NCBI GenBank assembly: GCA_032128875.1
Contig: JAVLKG010000002.1
Location: 768,001-832,000, forward strand
Length of the DNA stretch: 64,000 nucleotides
Direction of reading: 5' to 3'
DNA from: Candidatus Melainabacteria bacterium 17Bon1m
GTDB taxonomy: Bacteria; Cyanobacteriota; Vampirovibrionia; Obscuribacterales; Obscuribacteraceae
Shown here: in pieces, positions 9,973 through 19,418 of the stretch
Position numbering within the stretch: the stretch's first letter is position 1
How the letters are laid out: each line of letters begins with the position of its first letter
Notes under the pieces: generated by a model
What the model saw: only the letters and a program-made list of their open reading frames with translations
What the model was told of the DNA's origin: nothing
Databases searched by the model: none
Position numbers and translations under genes: made by a program

Positions 9973-10725
9973 TTAGCGCACTGACACGCAGAGCCAATCT
10001 TCAAATTTTGTAGGGGTGCGACGAGCATTGTCTTCAGGAACAAGCGAACGTTCGTCCAGTTGCATTCCATAATAGTTTGCATCAGGTCGCGCCACGATTT
10101 CGCGTTTGTCGTGTTTTGCTTCCATGTATTTCTTGACGAAGTCAGACAGGGGCGCGCGATCCGGACCACCAATTTCAATGGTGGCGTTGGCTGGTTTTGC
10201 TATTGCAACTTCTGCCATGACTGCCGAAACGTCTGCGGCAGCAATTGGCTGCAACCCTCCAGTGGAGAGATGCACTTTGCCATCGCCACCGACGCCAAAG
10301 TCTGCGATGCCACCGAGAAACTCAAAAAACTGTGTTGCTTGCACAATTGTGTAAGGCACTTTGCCCTCTTTGATCAAATCTTCTTGGGCCTGTTTTGCTC
10401 GGAAATAACCGCTTTGTTGTAATCGTGCTGTACCAACTACTGATAGAGCAATGTGATGTTTTACACCTGCATTGATTTCTGCTGCCAGAATATTTGCAGT
10501 GGATTTCTTGAAAAACTCCATGACGTCGTCATCAGCCCAGGATGGCGAATTCATAACGTCTACTACAGCATCTGCACCTTTGAAGGCTTCGGCTAACCCT
10601 TGTCCGGTGACTGCATTAATGCCTGTCTTGGTCGATGCCACTACGACCTCGTGTCCCTGATTCTTCAGAATCTCGACTGTTTTGGTCCCAATCAGACCGT
10701 TGCCACCGAGTACGACAATTTTCAT
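9973..10725 (-). CDS. NmrA/YbjT-like atypical SDR, NAD(P)-binding
   Basis: MKIVVLGGNGLIG Rossmann motif, SGYFRAK, ATQFFEF; strong RBS AAGGGAG. Confidence 0.9.
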   Translation of the reverse strand: MKIVVLGGNGLIGTKTVEILKNQGHEVVVASTKTGINAVTGQGLAEAFKGADAVVDVMNSPSWADDDVMEFFKKSTANILAAEINAGVKHHIALSVVGTARLQQSGYFRAKQAQEDLIKEGKVPYTIVQATQFFEFLGGIADFGVGGDGKVHLSTGGLQPIAAADVSAVMAEVAIAKPANATIEIGGPDRAPLSDFVKKYMEAKHDKREIVARPDANYYGMQLDERSLVPEDNARRTPTKFEDWLCVSVR

Positions 10726-11135
10726 GGCTAAAACTCCCTTAGTGCGTCTCCCTTTATGTCCCCATAATTGGGAGATCCATCTTCGTCAGAATTCCATTCC
10801 AAGTTGGAATGACCAAGCTTCATGATGTACCACGGGATAACGCAACTAAGGGGTGCAAAATGCTCATTATACGCGCCATCTTGTTTGTTCGTGTCCAAAC
10901 AAGACGAAGTTTTAATTCGCTGAATTAGCAGCCTGTCGACTTCTAATCATTCACAACAAAAAATCGTTCTCAAGTGTGGGAACTAAAGGTATTTTGCCTG
11001 GTCTGCGCGGACAGTTGCGGAATTTGACGACGGTCTGCGAAAGCAAACGACTAGGTTCGTAAGCAATCATGGTTCGCGTTGTTCGTGTTGCCGCTCAACT
11101 TTTAAAAGTTGTTGATTAGCAAATTAGGAGGAAGT

Positions 11136-11510
11136 ATGCGAAATATCGCAGTTTTAGGGTGTCTACTTGTCGCTCTAAACGGCATGGCAGTAGATGCAAA
11201 AGAAGCACCGAAAGCCGATAACAGTGCACAAAATGTCGGTGCAGAGCGTAAAGATGCAGTAACTGCTGAAAAGCAAGACAACAAGAAGAATGATGTCGAA
11301 GTCTTGGCTCAAATTCGCAAAGCAGTCGTTGACGACAACAGTCTCTCAATGAATGCAAAAAACGCCAAAATTCTCTTCAAAAATGGTCTCGTTACTTTGA
11401 AGGGACCTGTGGACAGCGATGCTGAGAAAGCACGCGTAGAAGAGCTGGCTAAGAGCTGCTCCAGCGTTTCTTCTGTAAAGAACATGCTGACCGTAGCTCC
11501 AAAAAAATAG
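11136..11510 (+). CDS. BON domain periplasmic protein
   Basis: RBS AGGAGG before ATG 11136; signal peptide; GLVTLKGPVDS...VSSVKNML. Confidence 0.88.
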   Translation: MRNIAVLGCLLVALNGMAVDAKEAPKADNSAQNVGAERKDAVTAEKQDNKKNDVEVLAQIRKAVVDDNSLSMNAKNAKILFKNGLVTLKGPVDSDAEKARVEELAKSCSSVSSVKNMLTVAPKK

Positions 11511-11577
11511 CCAACAGAAGTAGGCAACATTTGAATTGAACCGTAGATAGATCGCACATAAAACATTGGAGAATGAA

Positions 11578-12105
11578 ATGAAACAATCAGTTTGTGGAAT
11601 CGTAAAGACCAATTTGGAAGCAGAAAACCTCGTAAACGCTCTTCGCGCTAATGGTTTTGTCGATAATGAAATTTCGGCACTCTTCCCAGATCAAGAAGGT
11701 TCTAAGGATTTTGCTCACAAGAACGAAACCAAAGCTCCTGAAGGCACCGTTGCTGGTGCTGGCACCGGTGGTCTCGTTGGTGGTGTATTTGGTCTTTTGG
11801 CTGGTATTGGCGCAATCGCTATTCCCGGCGTAGGACCGCTCATCGCTGCAGGTCCAATCATGGCTACCTTGAGTGGTGCAGCCGTAGGTGCTACCGTTGG
11901 CGGTATCGCCGGCGCACTAGTCGGAATGGGAATTCCTGAGTACGAAGCAAAAATGTACGAAGGCAAAATCCGTGAAGGTAACATCCTTCTCGCTGTTCAC
12001 TGCAACAATAACGATGAGTTGAAGAGAGCAGAAGAAGTATTCAAACAATACAAAGTCTGCGATATCCACCGCGTAGGCGAAGCCTCTGTTAAGAAATCTG
12101 CTTAA
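11578..12105 (+). CDS. General-stress-protein-like membrane protein with glycine-zipper hairpin
   Basis: APEGTVAGAGTGG...IPGVGPLIAAGP...GMGIPEYEAKMYE; follows the BON gene. Confidence 0.8.
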   Translation: MKQSVCGIVKTNLEAENLVNALRANGFVDNEISALFPDQEGSKDFAHKNETKAPEGTVAGAGTGGLVGGVFGLLAGIGAIAIPGVGPLIAAGPIMATLSGAAVGATVGGIAGALVGMGIPEYEAKMYEGKIREGNILLAVHCNNNDELKRAEEVFKQYKVCDIHRVGEASVKKSA

Positions 12106-12121
12106 TTGAGAGACAACCAAA

Positions 12122-12153
12122 TGAAAGGGCTCGGAGCAATCCGGGCTCTTTCA
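12122..12153 (+). terminator. Intrinsic terminator hairpin
   Basis: TGAAAGGGCTCGGA-GCAA-TCCGGGCTCTTTCA. Confidence 0.7.
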
Positions 12154-12226
12154 GCTATGACACTCTAATGAGTGAGACTTTTGTTTTGTACACTCGGCGA
12201 TTTGGCGTTTAGGAGGAGGGAATTAG

Positions 12227-12427
12227 ATGAACAGCAAAAATCAAGAAGCTGGTAAAAAAACAGGTAAGAAAATGAGCGACGAGGAAAAGAAAGAAGTTCT
12301 TCAAGACCTTGACTCTGACGGAACAGCTGTTGAAGTTGCTGAGGCTATGATTGCAATCGACCCATCGAAGGCAACAAAAGAAGCTGCCGACAAATTGTTG
12401 AAAGAAGCTGACGAGAGTTCTAGCTAA
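12227..12427 (+). CDS. Small charged hypothetical protein
   Basis: 66 aa with perfect RBS AGGAGG. Confidence 0.7.
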   Translation: MNSKNQEAGKKTGKKMSDEEKKEVLQDLDSDGTAVEVAEAMIAIDPSKATKEAADKLLKEADESSS

Positions 12428-12476
12428 ATATTAAGTGCAATGTTATTGATCGATGAGTCATTCAACATGAATAATT

Positions 12477-12905
12477 CTAGATGCTGTCCAATACTTGTTC
12501 TTCAAGTTGCCCAAGATTGGCACCCAACGCTTCCAAAATCTTCATAGCATCACAGTCTTTCTTTCGAAGTACCGCAAGAAGCAAATGCTCCGCACCGATA
12601 TAATTATGACCATGGCTTTGCGCCGCGTCCCAAGAAGCTTCCAAAGTACGCTTTGCTTCATCCGTAAACGGAATTTCGACTTTCAGCGGACTCTTACCGC
12701 GCCCCCTGGCTTTCTCCAGCTCTATTCGGGCTTCTTTCAATTTTAAACCAGAGGTGTTAAGTGCCTTTACCGCTGGTTCTGAATCTAGTCTAAGCAGTCC
12801 TAGGAGTAAATGTTCGGAGGAAACGCAATTATGACCCAGCCTCCGGCACTCTTCTTGCGCCAGCATGATTGTTTTTATCGCTGCTTGAGTGAATCTTTCG
12901 AACAT
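12477..12905 (-). CDS. Stand-alone Clp N-terminal (Clp repeat) domain protein
   Basis: MFERFTQAAIKTIMLAQEECRRLGHNCVSSEHLLLGLL and a second repeat GHNYIGAEHLLLAV; no AAA+ module. Confidence 0.88.
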   Translation of the reverse strand: MFERFTQAAIKTIMLAQEECRRLGHNCVSSEHLLLGLLRLDSEPAVKALNTSGLKLKEARIELEKARGRGKSPLKVEIPFTDEAKRTLEASWDAAQSHGHNYIGAEHLLLAVLRKKDCDAMKILEALGANLGQLEEQVLDSI

Positions 12906-13051
12906 CTGAGTGCCTCGCCGAGGTGCTATGTATAGCTAATGCCTTGAAAGCCTGCCAAGTTAGAGAATCTATCATATCCAATCGGTTACCTTGGTAAAAT
13001 GTATGGTTAACGGGCTTCCCGTTCCGGTTGTCGTTTGGATGATAACTTTGG

Positions 13052-14428
13052 GTGTCTGAGTCTTACGTTGACTATCTCTATCGCTATCCATTTGCCTCTT
13101 CCCTGGCGGCGGCAACGACTGGCAATGAGCTGAAGCTGGCAGCTTCAGAGCAGCAGAAAGCATTTCCGCATTTTTTTGAAGGTTCTTTACTTCAGCCCAG
13201 GGCGACAGCGCTTATGCTGTTCATTCTCTCTAGAATCGTCAGTACGAGATTTTATATTCCTCCAAATTTGCTTAAGCGTATGTTGTTGGAGCGAGATCCT
13301 GTAATAACCTGCGGAGCCGAAATGCTCCGTTTTGAAGGATTTAGCGCATGTTGTAGTGCATACGCTAGGGTCGATATTTCCCCTGATGCATATAGGGGAC
13401 GGATCGTTAGCCATGGCACTACGAACGTCGACTTTAATACAGTGATGCGTTCTGCACTAGCAGTGGTGCGTGACGATGACAGAGTTTCAATGTCCATAGG
13501 GGCTGATGGCTTGGAACTCAAGCACGGTTTCAATAAAATTGAAGAGAAGAAGGTACAACTTCCAACGCGTTGGATAAAAGGTTTCGTTGAAGTCCAAGCG
13601 TATCAGTCAAGAATGGAGAAGCGATTTTCTGTCGGCAGGGTTGAATCCATTCGTTTTCTTCGTTCTCTACCGTCAAGTACCAATGTGAAATCCAGTTTCT
13701 ATGTAATTCCTTCAGGGAAAGGACTCCGCATAAGCCAGCGAAATGATGGTTCTGGTGTTCGAGTCGGTGGTACTGAGCGACTCCTGCTGCTCAAAGATTT
13801 AGTACCTCTCTCAGACGGATTGACAGTTTTTGCAAGACCTGACGGAGAAGCTTCAGAGTGGAGGCTTGATTGTGCTGGTGTAACCTTTTGCTTGACCATT
13901 TCTTCTGAACCGTCTCGCGGATTTTCCGGAGAAGGGCAGGTCCTCAACGAACTAACATTTACTGACACGGAAAAACTTAGCTCTGTTCGCTCAACATTGA
14001 AATGGCAATCTTGTGTTGATATTGGCGAAATTGCAAGACTCAATGGATTGAATGAAGATGCTGTTAGACAGACTTTGAGCGCGCTGGGCTCACGCGGATT
14101 GGTCGGTTTTGATCTTGGAAGAGGTGCGTATTTCCATAGAGAGTTGCCTTTCGATATGGAACTTATCGACGACATGCACCCTCGTCTCAAGAATGCTCGG
14201 AAGTTAGTTGACAAGGATGACGTGAAATTGAAATCTAGCGATCTAGAGTCGTTACAGTTTGAAGTACGGGGGACTGATGTGCAGCACACTGTAAAAATCT
14301 TCTCTACACATTCGCAGTGCACCTGTCCTTGGTATTCTAAGTATCAAGGCTTGCGAGGTCCGTGCAAGCATATTCTTGCTGCGCAAATTGTGGTGGATGG
14401 ATTGCCTGAATCAGAGGCAAACAGATAG
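13052..14428 (+). CDS. SWIM zinc-finger family protein
   Basis: C-terminal CTCPWY...RGPCKHIL; also LRFEGFSACCSAYAR and GTTNVDFN. Confidence 0.85.
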   Translation: MSESYVDYLYRYPFASSLAAATTGNELKLAASEQQKAFPHFFEGSLLQPRATALMLFILSRIVSTRFYIPPNLLKRMLLERDPVITCGAEMLRFEGFSACCSAYARVDISPDAYRGRIVSHGTTNVDFNTVMRSALAVVRDDDRVSMSIGADGLELKHGFNKIEEKKVQLPTRWIKGFVEVQAYQSRMEKRFSVGRVESIRFLRSLPSSTNVKSSFYVIPSGKGLRISQRNDGSGVRVGGTERLLLLKDLVPLSDGLTVFARPDGEASEWRLDCAGVTFCLTISSEPSRGFSGEGQVLNELTFTDTEKLSSVRSTLKWQSCVDIGEIARLNGLNEDAVRQTLSALGSRGLVGFDLGRGAYFHRELPFDMELIDDMHPRLKNARKLVDKDDVKLKSSDLESLQFEVRGTDVQHTVKIFSTHSQCTCPWYSKYQGLRGPCKHILAAQIVVDGLPESEANR

Positions 14429-14452
14429 GTTGCTGCTCTGAGAGATTCAATA

Positions 14453-17032
14453 GTGCCGACTCAACTACAAATATTTGATGAGATCATTTCTGCCGGCAAT
14501 CATGATGGACTGCGCGCGTTCTTTTCGGGCTTAGATCAACAGGAGCGAAGTGCATTTGCTGCCAAAGCTATCGCGTGGTACAGGAAGGCTCGAAATGGAA
14601 AAGTGGTTCAGAGGGAGCCAAATGTCTGGGGGTGGGAGCGAGACTATCCAAATGATGTTGAAGTTGCTAGCGCTACCGCTGTTCTGGTAACTGCAGCACC
14701 TGAACAACTTTCAAAAATTGATTGGAGTTTAAGCTCAGAGTCATTTGATTTTGACTTTGTCCTTAAAATGCGTCCTCCCGCACTTCAACACTTCGGTGAG
14801 GTCTTGGTGAAGGATGGACAGCATTTTGAATTGGTTAGAAAAATGATGGAGTGTGGCCTCTGTTGTAAGCCAGAAAGTGAAAACTACATAATTGGATTGA
14901 TGGCAGAAGGTAGGGGTTTGCACAAGACGCACGAAAAAGATTCGTCGCTCAAATTATGGCTGCTCGACAATCCTGATTTGCTTGAGGTAGATATTTGGCG
15001 ATTATTTGAAGTGGAAGGCGACAAAGAAACCAGCTTGAGGCAAGTGGATGCTTATACATCTCAGCAAAATTCATGGGCAGAAACACTAAGTCAACTTTCG
15101 CAAGAAAATTTCCTTTCGCGAGAGCGTCTGTTAAAAGCGAGTCTTGAGGCACTAGGACGTGGCTTCAATCAATACAAGTCGTTATGGTATTCGCAGTTTC
15201 ATGAATACATGCAACCGACAGTTGAAGAAAGAGTACGTCTCGAAGGTGACTATGCATTGCTCTTGGGTAGCACATCACCGAGTACAGTGACATTTGCTCT
15301 GAAGGCGTTGAAAGTAATCGAAACTAATAACGGACTTAGTAGAAATATACTTAGTAAGGCTCTACCGCAAGTAATGAATGTAAAGGCTAAAAGCACAATT
15401 ACTGCTGCCATTTCTTTCCTTGAGAACGCAGTGAAACGTGATTCTACTTTTTCAGAGGCGGCGGCCCTAATCTGTATGGACGCGCTTCAGCATGAGTCAC
15501 CTGAACTTCAGAAACAGGTGCTCAAATTTCTTGAGCGCCACGGAAATCGAGATTGTCCAAAATTTCGAAACAAGATTGCACTATATGCGCACGGGATGTC
15601 GCCACTTGTAGTGGCACAATTTGAAACTCTTACTCAGAGCAAAATTGACACATGGGCTCAAGCTAGTACGCAAGGTTCTGAGCGTTATTCATTTCAGCCA
15701 AATTCGTCCGAAAGTTGGCCGCTAGGTTACGTTGACCCGGTTGTGCCGATTCTTAAGGCTGACGAGTTTATTGAAACCGCCTTATATTGTCTTGAACATC
15801 CCTACGACGCTTTTCAGCTAGAGCGAATTTTTCAAGCCGTATCGACATTGCGCTTGCGTGAGGACTCTGAATTTGAGAAGCAATTCGCTCCAGTTATGAT
15901 TAGGGCTAAGAAGCTTCGGCAGAACACTGAGTGGCATAAACAGCCCGGTGCGCTTATCGCGGATTTCTTGTATCAATGGTTGACGCTGAGCATTTTGGAT
16001 AATGTTGAACTAGTGGTTCCAGATGCGCATGCTGTTCTTCTCCTGATGCGGAGGAGGTTGACAAAAATTCTAGAGCGAGCTAAGCAAAGTAGATATTTAC
16101 CTTTGCTGAGCAGTCCTTGTTTTGTCGGCGGATGGATTGACTCGCGGACGTTTGAATCGAGATTGGCTGCTTGGAATGCGGCTGGTGAAACCCCAGACGT
16201 ATACGATCAGATGTTGGCTTTGTTTAGAATGCCTGCTTCTGAGCGGCGACCTAACTATGAATTTGGATCAATTGGCAACAAGCTAAAAGCTGGGTTGGAG
16301 AAATGGGAAGACATACGACGAGGACCGGATCTCTATGATAGGAGACAACCCCTGACTGTTAGCTATTACCGTGATCTTCATGAGCTAGAAACCGCAGTCA
16401 ATATCGGTGATGGCTGTATCTTTAGTCACATGTCTAGCTTTACTGCGGCTCGGTGGGCAACAAATCTTTTTCCATCTATGAGAGAGTCGATTTTGAGTTT
16501 GGGCGTAAACTGGGGCGTTCTTCTGTTAGATGAAGTAGGTTCAAGTGATCGTGGAATAAGAGCTTTCTTTGAAATGCTTGGAGAACCTGGCGCTCCTCTG
16601 GAAAGGCAAGCATATGTGATGATGCTTGTAGGTTTGTTAATGAAAGATCCAGAGTTTGCGGCATTTAGCCGAGATGCAGTGATCCAAGCAATAGATGAAA
16701 AAAGGCTTGATCCTGAACAGATGGGAAAACGCGTTGCGCAATTTCTGCATTCCGATCGTGCAAAACCAAAAAGGTTGGCGTCGTCAATGCGCGAAATTGC
16801 ACGAGTAAGTTCCGTTCATTCTGATGCTATGCTTCGCTTGATTTGTTGTTCCTTTCATGGTGATTCGAAGAATCTTCATAAGGACGCTTCGGCAATTCTG
16901 GAGTTGCTGTTGGAGCTATTAACCGCGTCAGGTAGTCGTATTGAGAATGAAGATATGCTGAATTATTTGAGTTCTCTTAAAGCTGGTGGCAAAACTGCAA
17001 GACTGGTCAAATCTCTGCTCACATATTTCTAA
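14453..17032 (+). CDS. Large alpha-helical (HEAT-like) partner of the SWIM protein, DUF6493-like
   Basis: 859 aa, 24 bp after the SWIM gene; IWRLFEVEG and SRERLLKASL motifs. Confidence 0.7.
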   Translation: MPTQLQIFDEIISAGNHDGLRAFFSGLDQQERSAFAAKAIAWYRKARNGKVVQREPNVWGWERDYPNDVEVASATAVLVTAAPEQLSKIDWSLSSESFDFDFVLKMRPPALQHFGEVLVKDGQHFELVRKMMECGLCCKPESENYIIGLMAEGRGLHKTHEKDSSLKLWLLDNPDLLEVDIWRLFEVEGDKETSLRQVDAYTSQQNSWAETLSQLSQENFLSRERLLKASLEALGRGFNQYKSLWYSQFHEYMQPTVEERVRLEGDYALLLGSTSPSTVTFALKALKVIETNNGLSRNILSKALPQVMNVKAKSTITAAISFLENAVKRDSTFSEAAALICMDALQHESPELQKQVLKFLERHGNRDCPKFRNKIALYAHGMSPLVVAQFETLTQSKIDTWAQASTQGSERYSFQPNSSESWPLGYVDPVVPILKADEFIETALYCLEHPYDAFQLERIFQAVSTLRLREDSEFEKQFAPVMIRAKKLRQNTEWHKQPGALIADFLYQWLTLSILDNVELVVPDAHAVLLLMRRRLTKILERAKQSRYLPLLSSPCFVGGWIDSRTFESRLAAWNAAGETPDVYDQMLALFRMPASERRPNYEFGSIGNKLKAGLEKWEDIRRGPDLYDRRQPLTVSYYRDLHELETAVNIGDGCIFSHMSSFTAARWATNLFPSMRESILSLGVNWGVLLLDEVGSSDRGIRAFFEMLGEPGAPLERQAYVMMLVGLLMKDPEFAAFSRDAVIQAIDEKRLDPEQMGKRVAQFLHSDRAKPKRLASSMREIARVSSVHSDAMLRLICCSFHGDSKNLHKDASAILELLLELLTASGSRIENEDMLNYLSSLKAGGKTARLVKSLLTYF

Positions 17033-17202
17033 CCTCATATACCGGGTATGTCCTTCGAAGCCTAATGTCAAGAGGCTTGCTGTAAATTTCATTGTTGGAA
17101 ATGAAAAGTGCTCTTCGTTTGTAATCTGCGAAAAGGGCTGCCTGTGCATTATTCGCGACGAAGTCTTTCAGCCGAAACCACATTTATTCTCATAATGGGA
17201 AC

Positions 17203-17910
17203 ATGTTTTTGCTACCATCGTCAGCTGAAACAGTGCCACCACTATCAGTACTATACCGAGAAGAGCCTATTTGGAAGCCTATGAATTTTGATTTTACCGT
17301 TAACCTTGTTTGGTGGATTTTGGCGAGCTGCGGTCTCGTCTCGTTCATCGAGCACCAAGTTCATCAACAGTTGATGCATAAGCAAAACTTTTTGAGTAAG
17401 AGAGATAAAGGCTTCGAGCACGTTTTTAAGTCTCATGCAATTGTTCACCACGGACATTATTCATCGACGTTTACTGATGAGCCGGTTGCTCCCGGCGAAG
17501 ACAAGGAAATTCGATTGAATGTTCACAAGGCTCCGATCAAAACACTTCCGTTTACCATTTTGATCGCATTGATTTCGTGGCAGTGGGCTATTGTCTTCGT
17601 TGTAACTGTATGCGTACATCATTGGGTGTGGAACAAAATACATCTGGAGATGCACAAGCCAGAAGGAAAGGAATTCAGCACCTGGTCGCCATATCTCTTT
17701 TTAGCAAGGCACCACTATCTCCATCATGTGCACCCAAACAAAAACTTCAACGTCGTTTTTCCATTTGCTGACTATATTCTTGGAACGAATGCAGTCGCTA
17801 CTCCCAGCGAAAGGTTAGACATGCACAGGTTGGGCTTGTTGCCAATGAATACCGCGGAAGTGTTTTGTTTGCAGCGAGCGGCAACAAAGGACCAGATACG
17901 CAAGCTTTGA
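17203..17910 (+). CDS. Fatty-acid hydroxylase/sterol desaturase superfamily membrane protein
   Basis: His boxes HQQLMH, HAIVHH, HLEMH, HHYLHH, plus NFNVVFPFADYILGT. Start may be ATG 17281. Confidence 0.85.
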   Translation: MFLLPSSAETVPPLSVLYREEPIWKPMNFDFTVNLVWWILASCGLVSFIEHQVHQQLMHKQNFLSKRDKGFEHVFKSHAIVHHGHYSSTFTDEPVAPGEDKEIRLNVHKAPIKTLPFTILIALISWQWAIVFVVTVCVHHWVWNKIHLEMHKPEGKEFSTWSPYLFLARHHYLHHVHPNKNFNVVFPFADYILGTNAVATPSERLDMHRLGLLPMNTAEVFCLQRAATKDQIRKL

Positions 17911-17952
17911 CTTGGGTAAGAGCCGTGCTTTCTTTTTCGCCCCAGGTTGTCT

Positions 17953-19245
17953 TTAGTTTGACTCTTTAAGAGGCAAATTTATAGTAAAGGTTGTGCCATT
18001 TGACGAAGAACTCACAAAGTCGATCTTACCGTTGTGTGCTTCTACTATCCTCTTACATGTATAAAGCCCGAAGCCTCTTCCCAGGTAATACTGTTTTCCG
18101 CGGTCACCCAACCAAAACCGTTTGAAAAGGTCATGTTGTACTTCTTCAGGAATGCCGCTGCCCGTATCAGCAATCTTAATAACAGCGTCACCCTCCTCTT
18201 TCGTGAGAGAAATAGTAATTTTGCCGAATGAAGGTGTAAAAGTTATTGCATTCGACACAAGATTGGAGAAGAGCGTTCGAAGCCAGTCTTCATTAGCTTC
18301 TACTTTTAAAGGCTCAGCTGTGTCACCAGATATAGTGCAGGTGATATTTGAAGCTTCTGCAATGGATTTAAAATTGATGTGTATTTCCGATAGCAGATCA
18401 TTAAGACAGACAGTGCTGACAGATAAATTGTCTTGAATCACGTGTTGATCTAAATCGATGATTTTACCGAGGGTCTGCAGCATTTGATGCGTGCTGGAAT
18501 GGAGCACATCGTTGACGTCCGTTGAGGCTGTACCGTTTTTGTCTTTACCGAGGTGTTCACACAGCTTAGCCAGACCAATTGCCGAAGTACGCAAGTCGTG
18601 AGTTAAGTGTGCAAGCAAGTCCTTGCGAAATTGGTTTAACGTCGAAGAAGTAACTTGTTGCTTTTCAAGCTCGGTTTTCGATGTTTGGGCTTCCTGTTGC
18701 CATTGTATTTTTTCTAAAGCAACTGCCGTTATATCTGCGAGAGTTTGCAATAGAGACAGCTCTTCAGCGGTAGAATCGTGGTCGTCTGACCAATATGTAC
18801 CGATAGCAGCAATGGGCTCTTCTCGACGCACAGGGGTCATAACTAGGCTTTTGACGAAGGTTGGCTTGTAAGCATCTTGAGGAATTCGTTCGTCTTTGTA
18901 TATATCCGGGATAGCAACCTGCTCCTTTTTTAGCATCGACCACCCGCTAATGCAGCTTTCTACTGGAAACTTCATTCCTTTCCAAAGCGGCGAAATTGCG
19001 TCTTCGTCGTAGTAAAAACACTGCTTTGCTTCACCAAGGTCGAGCAGAACAAAGGTCGCTCCATGTGCGCCGGCGATAGTTCGAGCTGTTGATTTGACTA
19101 TACTTGCGACGCTCTGTAGCGAGTTGGCGAAAGCGAGCTGTTTTACCGCCTCCATTAGTGAATTCCCAGCGGAATTAAATACCTTTATGTCGTTAATTGC
19201 GGTTTCCATGCGGGAATGCCAACCTGTTTGTCTCATTAAGAACAA
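17953..19245 (-). CDS. GAF-domain sensor histidine kinase
   Basis: GAF (GATFVL, IPDIYKDERIP), THDLRT, NLVSNA, DTGSGI, GFGL. Confidence 0.9.
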   Translation of the reverse strand: MFLMRQTGWHSRMETAINDIKVFNSAGNSLMEAVKQLAFANSLQSVASIVKSTARTIAGAHGATFVLLDLGEAKQCFYYDEDAISPLWKGMKFPVESCISGWSMLKKEQVAIPDIYKDERIPQDAYKPTFVKSLVMTPVRREEPIAAIGTYWSDDHDSTAEELSLLQTLADITAVALEKIQWQQEAQTSKTELEKQQVTSSTLNQFRKDLLAHLTHDLRTSAIGLAKLCEHLGKDKNGTASTDVNDVLHSSTHQMLQTLGKIIDLDQHVIQDNLSVSTVCLNDLLSEIHINFKSIAEASNITCTISGDTAEPLKVEANEDWLRTLFSNLVSNAITFTPSFGKITISLTKEEGDAVIKIADTGSGIPEEVQHDLFKRFWLGDRGKQYYLGRGFGLYTCKRIVEAHNGKIDFVSSSSNGTTFTINLPLKESN

Positions 19246-19418
19246 TCATTGGATCCCCTCGAATTTTTTGTCAAGACTCCTTGAGGTGACGATTGATAAA
19301 CCATTGATGATCAACGGCTTGAAAGAAATAGGAAGTGCAGACATTTTTGAGCGTTGTCAATGTGGCAAAATATCGCTATTGCTTGGTTTTGAGAGACCGG
19401 TTGCAGTGCTAAGCCGCA

